Below are positions 55,956-64,000 of a stretch of 64,000 nt of DNA, in pieces. Source of the DNA: Eledone cirrhosa (taxonomy: Eukaryota); NCBI GenBank assembly GCA_964016885.1, contig OZ024741.1:322462001-322526000 (forward strand), read 5' to 3'. The notes under the pieces were generated by a model. That model was not told where the DNA came from and ran no database searches. It saw only the letters and a list, made by a program, of their open reading frames with translations. The translations under genes were made by a program, and so were the position numbers. The number at the start of each line of letters is the position of its first letter. Position 1 is the stretch's first letter.

Positions 55956-57058
55956 TGAATATTAACCAAAATTCATCGAAAGCAAGCGGTACCACGTAAT
56001 GTTCATCTAGGTGCAGTTGAAAATACCACCAGAGGTAAATTTGCTGTCAGATTCAACTAGGTATTTTTTTCTTTTTATTCTCACCAAGCAAATTATTCTT
56101 CGTTGATAAATAGTTCATTAGAGTAACAATCACCTCACTGTTAGTTATGACATCAAATAGTAACTTACATTGTTTTTAAGTTTCCTTCGCACTCAGACTT
56201 AAATAATTGTTTCTACTTTAGGCACAAGGCCATCAATTACCCAGTGCATTACTGGTACTTTATTTTATCGACCCCGTAAGGATGAAAGGCAAAGTCAACC
56301 TCGGCGGGATTTGAACTCAGATCGTAAAGGGACGTAACTATGCTGGAAAGCATGGCGTCCGACCCTATGCTTGGTAATGCATTGTTAAAACCTTCGGTCA
56401 TAGACGTAGCATGGCGAAATGGTTATGATGTTTGGTTTGCAAACATGACTGCCCCGGGTTCACACCTACAGCGAGGATTCTTGGACAAATGTTTTTACCA
56501 CAGCACAGTAAACAAAAACTATGTAAGTAGAATTGAGTAGACGAAAACTGTGTTGAAGCCCGTTGAACGGATTGGATTTTACCTGTAATTCTAAGATCCA
56601 CTCTTATTATATATTACGCTTATTTATCTTGGGAATTATGTTAAGGGTACACGTGACTGTGAAATACCCAGCTATTTGTACGTTAATTTCCAGAGCAGGA
56701 TGATCGGACAATTGAACGTTCATCATCGAAAACGATGGAGGATCTATCATAAAAAATAAACAAAATGTACAGATCATTCCTACGAAGGTTTAGCTGACTT
56801 CTTTCGAGGTTGTATCTCCCTCATAATATACTTCTCGGGTGCTTTAATGATAGGAGTCCCCAGTCTTATCATGATGAGCAAAGTGAAATGAAGTGTGTTG
56901 CTCTAAAACACAATGAGCAGACCAGTATTGGTGTCGAACTCACCCCCTCATGCTGGTGCGCCCAACACACGAACCACTGGTCAAGGCGCCTTCACAATCG
57001 CACCATACAGTATCTTACATTGTATTTTAGTATCCTTCACGTTCAGACTGAAATAACA

Positions 57059-57250
57059 CATACCTGCCAACCTCTAAAAACCCAAACGCGGAGTATCATG
57101 AATAAGTACCCCAAATGAGGAGAAATGAAGCAAAATGGGGAGATTTTACATAATGAAAGCTATATCTATTTTCACAAGAGAAGACATTTCTCACCAACCC
57201 GAAAGTGGGTGGGAGATATCCCCGTCGGACGGGGAGAGTTGACAGGTATG
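57059..57250 (-). mobile_element. MITE with TIRs and 6-bp TSD
   Basis: ATAACA-catacctgccaac...gttgacaggtatg-ATAACA. Confidence 0.85.
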
Positions 57251-57698
57251 ATAACATGCTTTACAATGTGTTGCTAAATCTTTCGAGCGAAGTTCAGTCA
57301 AATGCCTTGTCATACTAGTTTTCTTTCTCCACAGTTTATTCTCAAAACTCCCACCGTAAACCATACATATTAGCACGTTATTATATTATGTTGTTATTAT
57401 CAATTTAATGCATGAGATGTTTTAAATTATGAAAATATTATTTCCTGTATAAAGTGATAAATCAAGCCTGAAAGGGTTAATTGATAAACTAAAATAAATA
57501 ACAATTACCATTAGACATTTTTAGAAAATTTAAATTTTTAAAACAAATTAATTAGTCTCTTAGTTAATCTGCAGAACCTGACAAAACTAATGTTTGGAGT
57601 GGGTAAAAAATTATCTCATCTTAAATTTTACTGAAGGCGGTGATTCTTCTAACTTAAGGTTCTGAGAAATCAGGCTTCAACGTATTTCATTGCTAAAC

Positions 57699-57875
57699 CA
57701 GACCTGTCAACTCTCCCCGCCCGACGTGGAGATCACCCACCCACTTTGGGGAGGATGTGAGATGTCTTCTCTTGTGAAAATGTATATAGCTTTCATTATG
57801 CCCCATTTCTCCCCGTTTTGGGGCACTTTTTTTCATGGTACTCCCTGTTTGGGTTTTTAGAGGTTGGCAGGTCTG
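57699..57875 (+). mobile_element. MITE, same family (partial third copy at 58001-58063)
   Basis: cagacctgtcaac...gttggcaggtctg. Confidence 0.85.
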
Positions 57876-58670
57876 TTACATATTAATTATTTCTGGTGTT
57901 ATACTATTGTTACTTTTAGTAACAATAATACAACTATAGAAATAGCAGGGAGACAGACGGAGGGAAGGAGGGGTTCGATTGTAGGGGCTGCTACTATAGG
58001 ACCCATTTGGGGCACTTTTTTTCATGGTACTCCCTGTTTGGGTTTTTAGAGGTTGGCAGGTCTGATCTATAATGTAAAGCTGCGAAGTTTAGCGATTAGG
58101 GTCTTCTTCTCACTATCGTTAGGTTCAATTTCTGGCGACACGTTATACATTTGAACAATACACTTTATTTCAGGTGGCTTCAATCCATTCAGCAGGCAAA
58201 AATTGTACCTGCTATCCAAAGGGACAAGCTTGTCATACACTGTATCCCACTGAATCTCACTGGGAACTACTTTAACGCTGCACGTATCTGTGGAATGGGC
58301 AGCCTCTTTTACATTAATTTCACAAGCAGACTATTCCTTTGTTCAGACAGCTGGAAAACATGTCGTCGAAACCGACGGAGGTCCAACTCAACTTCATTTT
58401 CACGTTAATGTCATTTTTGTTTGTTTGTTTGTTTTTGTTTCAGTGTTCCTCTGCTCTTGCTTAACATGTTCGAAACCAAAGTATCAGTGGGCCTACAGAA
58501 AATTGAAAATTTGTTGTTTGCAACTAATTAGACTGTAGAATGTCTCCGCTGATCACGTAACTAATTTCAAATGAACGGACCATAATATTTTCATCTAAGA
58601 TAATTTGTTCGGGTAAGCATTAAAATGTAGATATATAGTATATAAAACACATTACTCACGCGCGCGCGCG

Positions 58671-58757
<87 letters not shown>

Positions 58758-58980
58758 TTTATTAAGGCCAAGCTTGAGTTTGGTACTTTGAAGTTTCTGC
58801 CTGTGTACTCCAGTGTACTGTGTATTCATGTGAACGCACAGGAGAAATTGCAGAGTAAACTAACAAGACTCAAACTTGGCCAAAATAAGTAATATTTTAA
58901 TTTCTATCGTGGTTCCGAGTACTCATTCTCACAATCATCAATACTAAGAGAACACACACACACACGCACGCACACACACA

Positions 58981-59068
<88 letters not shown>

Positions 59069-59497
59069 CAGGGTGGGCCAGAATTCATGACTCGCTTGTT
59101 CGTTATATTTCTTAACATCTTTATTTTATTGTTATTATATTGTTTTAATTTATTATTTTATTTCATAATATGCTTAGCAGGTTTCTTAATTTATATTTTT
59201 ATTTCTTAATATGCCTCACAGGTTTTTATTTATTTTTTCTAAATTTGATTAGCCATGGCACATCCTTTGCTAAGCTTGGAAAAACGTGTTCAATGTGTTA
59301 GATTATTAATTAAATGTGTACATTTGTGTGCTTACCGTATCTTGTTCATGATCTTATGCCTGTATATGGTATTATATTCCTTAACTTGTTTTATAACATT
59401 TTGTGTTTATACATCTATAAATAATCATTTTTATCTAAAGACATTTTTTCCAATTCCAACCCTCCCGTTCCCTCAATCTTTCTTATTTCTCATCCTT

Positions 59498-59533
59498 TCT
59501 TCTGATGAAGGACTAGCGTCCGAAACGTTAAGA
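59498..59533 (+). ncRNA. Minimal hammerhead ribozyme, copy 1
   Basis: tctt-CTGATGA-a-GGAC-tagc-GTCC-GAAAC-GTT-aaga. Confidence 0.85.
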
Positions 59534-59627
59534 CCCTCTTCCTGCTATTTCAAGCGTTAACCTAATATATTCCTTCCATATACTGTACCGATTGTGTTGT
59601 TATTTCTGTTTACCTTTTACATACATA

Positions 59628-59677
<50 letters not shown>

Positions 59678-59682
59678 CACAC

Positions 59683-59719
<37 letters not shown>

Positions 59720-59852
59720 GCCATATATGTACCACATCACTATCACCCCATGTACATCAGTTGAAAACTGCTCTCTTTAGAGAAAGTAAAGCAGTGGGAT
59801 GGGGGTATGGTGAATGGTGTGAACTTAGGACATCATCAACTACTACTTTCTT

Positions 59853-59888
59853 TCTTCTGATGAAGGACTAGCGTCCGAAACGTTAAGA
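59853..59888 (+). ncRNA. Minimal hammerhead ribozyme, copy 2
   Basis: Identical 36-nt motif at the start of a ~125-bp direct repeat of 59497-59622. Confidence 0.85.
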
Positions 59889-59969
59889 CCCTCTACCTAC
59901 TATTTCAAGCGTTAACCTAATATATTCCTTCCATATACTGTACCGATTGTGTTGCTATTTCTGTTTACC

Positions 59970-60030
<61 letters not shown>

Positions 60031-60704
60031 CACGCCCGCTGGTAAAGCATAGTTTAAGTTTGGGCATGGGGTTTACATCGAATAAGCAATACACCGAACT
60101 TTCTGTGTGTATATATATATATATATACTTTAGGCACAAGTACAGCGATTTGAAGGGGAGGGGAAAATCGATTAAATCGACCCCCAGTGCGTTAATGGTG
60201 TTTTATTTTATCGACCCTGTAAGGATGAAAGGCTAATCTAACCTCAGTAGGATTTGAACTCAGAACGTAAAGTGCCGTAACTCTATGCCGCAAAGCATGA
60301 TGTCCGACGCTCTACCGATACTGCCAATCCACCACTCTGAACAGAATAAGATAATATGAAACATTAATATGAAACATTCAAGCTTTACTCAATAACATAG
60401 ATAAGCCAAGAAGCAACTAAAGATAAACACTGCTATAAACTAACACTGAACAAACGACACGATTTAGATAAATAGAAATTGGAAAAATAATTGTTTCTAC
60501 TTTAGGCACAAAGCCAGCAATTACCCAGTGCATTACTGGTACTTTATTTTATCGACCCCGTAAGGATGAAAGGCAAAGTCAACCTCGGCGGGATTTGAAA
60601 AATAATGAGAAATTGGAAAAATAATGATAGGTTGAAGTAACATTACCTATCAAACAATCATGGAATAAATACTGAAATATTATTTTACCTGAATACTACC
60701 TGCG

Positions 60705-60880
60705 CGTTGTCCTTGGCCCTAGGACCACCTTCCTACTCACCACCATCGACACGGAGTTGGCTATCCGCAGGCGTGAGCCTCGCGAGCTGGAATGGCTCTT
60801 CCAACGCGTGTCCCTCACCGTCCTCCAGCGAAACACCTTCTCTATTCTGTCAGCCGCGCGTGGTCCCCCATTTGCTTATA
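60705..60880 (+). pseudogene. CRE-like non-LTR retrotransposon 3' fragment
   Basis: VLGPRTTFLLTTIDTELAIRRREPRELEWLFQRVSLTVLQRNTFSILSA resembles the 'LFQRLSxAxQRGNA' endonuclease tail. Confidence 0.65.
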
Positions 60881-60945
60881 ATAGTGAAAGATGGGGTGAA
60901 CGAGAGAGGCGGAGGCAATGAGTGAAAGAGAGAGAACATCAACAC

Positions 60946-60976
<31 letters not shown>

Positions 60977-61849
60977 TTTGTATTAGTCTTATTTATTCTA
61001 TAGAGGAAGAATCGACCCAGTACTTGACTGGTACTTTTTTTATCGACCTCGAAAGGATGAAAGGCAAAGAATTGACCACGCAATGAGGTGGGACGAATAC
61101 CGTAAAGCATTCTGTCCAACGTCTTAACGACTCTACCAATTCGCTGTGTTCTGACCTGGAGAGGGTTGGGCTCCGCCAAGTTTAAATGTGCCCTAGACAC
61201 ACCGCATGACGGTGCCTCTACAACTCCACAAGGAGTTATGGGATCTTTATTCTTTTTATCCTTTTCTATTAGTCTTATTAGTTTCGCCCATTATTTTAAT
61301 TATATTTCCATTCATTTCTGAAAAGGATGAAATGAAAATTTACTGAAACTAAATTAATTAGTTACTACATGTCATAATTTATCCGATCTAACGTGCTGCC
61401 AACTGAGCTTTGTTGAAATACCCGCATGTGTCCCTACCTGGAAGTGGCCGATGTCTGCGTCAGTAACTTTGTCAACTTCCGTCCTTGTCATCAATCCATT
61501 CCCCTTCTGCATCCGTGCCTTCCTAGCTAGCATTCCATCAACAACCACCCTCTCATGTCATGCCATTTCTCGCTAGACAAGTAAATCACTTAGTCATAAC
61601 ACAGATTACATTAGTCACGGCAGCCTTTCACTCGAACTCACATGACATAAAACACCAGTTACTTATAAACATACAAATGGACCATGAAACATGACAAACA
61701 TTTACGACTACCTAAAGCTAAGAAATAAAACAACTAATAACATTGATAGCTTGGTGAAAAACCTCCATATTATAAACCACTACCTACAGAATCCCCTTCT
61801 ACCACCCCTTCTTTCGCGACGATTAGCCATTCGTTGCTGAACTGCAAAC

Positions 61850-62540
61850 ATGAAATAGCCTCGAATCTTCTTCAAGTCCTTCCATTAGTGTCAATGCTAC
61901 AATAAAAAACACCATACGAACATTTTTCCATCAAACCATTGTCTAACCATGTGCCTTAACAGCCTACTAACTTCTCCTTTAAATCTCTTTACCTCAATAT
62001 TAATTCTACCATACCTTAATATTTAGCTAGAAAACATGTCATAACCCATTATCATTGGTGTACAGCTTAGGCAACGAGCATCCGAGGTACTTCAAAACTA
62101 AAGTCCCTAGTCTTATTGTAAAATCTCGTCTCTACAGACCCACTGTTCCTTTAGATAGTAATGTGTAAATAATTAGCCTTATTTACATCGTAACCATTTT
62201 TGTTTACCGCCAAACCTCCAGGATAAATTTTACGTTTTCGAAGTGTCCGTAGTTCGGAACAAAAATATCGTCGATGTATCTACTACCCTCACCCAGCTGC
62301 TTAAACAGGCTTATCCTCTTTAACTTCTGTAACCCTACTTGAAGATAGATTTGCAAAAAGATGAATATAAATCTGACAAGAGCGAACTACAGTTTCCGCC
62401 CATTGGTATACCTCTGACCTACTTGAATAAATTACCTGCAAACCTAACAGATGCATATTAAACTGACCGTCCGTTTAAACTCAACCTTTTGTCCAACCCG
62501 TGTACCTGTTAAACCTTATCCTAGATGTGAAACTAAATAA
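61850..62540 (-). pseudogene. Decayed Penelope-like reverse transcriptase
   Basis: Minus strand LFK*VRGIPMGGNCSSLLSDLY (GIPMG at 62412-62398), RYIDDIFV (YIDD at 62278-62267), F*LNIK, YGVFY. Contains stops and frameshifts. Confidence 0.8.
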
Positions 62541-62883
62541 AATATACTTATATTTCTGTCCGAAAAGCAGGTTGATTATATATATATATATATATAACAT
62601 AATAAAAGAGAATGTAAAAAAATAAACTGGATTTATTAAGTGTATTTACCTTCAAGATGAGACGAAAAAGCTGGTGGTGGTGGAGGATTGGCAGAGGTGG
62701 AGGAGAATGGCGGGGGAGGCTGTAAATGTTTTTCGTTTTGCGCTCTATCTCTTAACTTGACTTACTACGCAGTTAATGCTATTTCTTATTGCTAAATTTA
62801 ACTTACACACTATGCTACACTTAATCGCTAAACTTAATTGCTATTTTTTAAAACTTTTTTTTCTTTTCGTACAGTATGGTACT

Positions 62884-64000
62884 TTAGTTACTGTCATCAT
62901 CATCTTCACTGACTTTTGGCTTTTTGGCCACACTTTCCTCACCTTCGCTTTGAGGGCGTTTCAATAAAAACCTGTCCAAGGAGGGTTGTTTCTTCCTCCC
63001 TTTTAAAATGTTTCTGAAATGAGTGAGGCAAGTGACGTTAAACAGTGCCGACGCACGACTGGTTCCAACTTTTTCTGGATGATTTTTCTCAATAAAATCA
63101 TTAAGTTTCTCCCAAATTTCCAACATTTCCTTAATTTCGCTTGAAGGGATTACTACCTCCTCTGACTCTGGCCCCTAATTAATTGCCTGCCAATTTTCTG
63201 TATGCTGCTGGTCCTGTAGCTCCGTTAATTCCTCCGTTGTCAATTCCTCATTGTGCTCTTCGACGAGGTCGTTGACGTCTCCTTCGACCACTTCCAGGCC
63301 CATGGATTTTCCGATGGACACGATCTCCTCCTCCACTAACTCTTCGGGTTCGGGTCCTTCGAAGTCCGTTTCGGACACAACCTTGGGCCACAGCTTCTTC
63401 CATGCAGAGTTTAAGGTCCTCCTTGTAACACCCTGCCAGGGTATGTCTATAATGTTGAGGCAGGCTACGATAGTGTAATGTTCTTTCCAGAACTCTCGAA
63501 GGGTGAAGTTTGTGTTTTTCGTAACCTCAAAGCAGCGCCGGAAGAGATGCTTGGTGAAGAGCTTTTTAAAATTCAAAATCACCTGCTGGTCCATGGGCTG
63601 AAGGATAGGGGTGGTGTTGGTTGGAAGGTACAAGACCTTAATAAACTTGAATTCTTCTAAGATGTCATCCTCGAGATTTGGTGGGTGTGCGGAAGCATTG
63701 TCAAGGACGAGTAGGGCTTTCAGGGGCAGGTTATTATCTAAAAGATACTTCTTGACTGTAGGACCAAAAACCAGGTTTACCCACTGCACAAAAAGCTCCC
63801 TGGTGATCCATGCCTTTGGGTTTGCCCGCCACATAACCTGCAGTTTTTCTTTAAGAATCTTATGACTCTTAAGGCCCTGGGGTTTTCCGAGTGATATACG
63901 AGCAGCGGTTTAATCTTTAAATCGCCACTCGCATTTGCACACAGTGCAAGGGTCAACATATCCTTCATAGGTTTGTGGCCTGGCAAGCTCTTCTCCTCTG
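62884..64000 (-). mobile_element. Tigger/pogo (TIGD1-like) DDE_1 transposase pseudogene, runs off the window
   Basis: PGHKPMKDMLTLALCANASGDLKIKPLLVYHSENPRA / WRANPKAWIT, LLVLDNASAHP, LPTNTTPILQPMDQQVI, KKQPSLDRF. Frameshift at ~63870 and stop at 63175. Confidence 0.92.

Noticed and set aside
59067-59095. Tc1/mariner TIR-like TACAGGGTGGGCCA
   Set aside because: No partner TIR or transposase found nearby.

Overview
Repeat-dominated eukaryotic DNA. The SINE types, (TA)n/(TATG)n/(CA)n load and LINE spectrum suggest a coleoid cephalopod such as Octopus (inference). I recognise no intact host gene; most long ORFs in the track are microsatellite read-through. Protein-like segments are mobile-element remnants: Penelope-like elements (PLEs: two GIY-YIG ORFs, a GIY-YIG tail, a decayed RT), R4/Dong-, RTE- and CRE-type non-LTR fragments, and a Tigger/pogo transposase. 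There are also about 25 SINE copies, a MITE family and several minisatellites. The main signal is a series of (TA)n-anchored inserts with hammerhead ribozyme (HHR) motifs and fold-back (inverted) architecture. They range from a 5.4-kb 5'-truncated GIY-YIG PLE with inverted pseudo-LTRs and a long-stem-II HHR to 350-550-bp non-coding palindromes, one carrying an HHR on both strands. Other long palindromes and short templated snippets sit between (TA)n runs. Also notable: an orphan ORF cassette ending in a Helitron-like hairpin (47.5-49.7 kb) and an overlapping E-box/X-box/CCAAT/CRE cluster at 41.1 kb. Everything was read by eye, so repeat boundaries are approximate.
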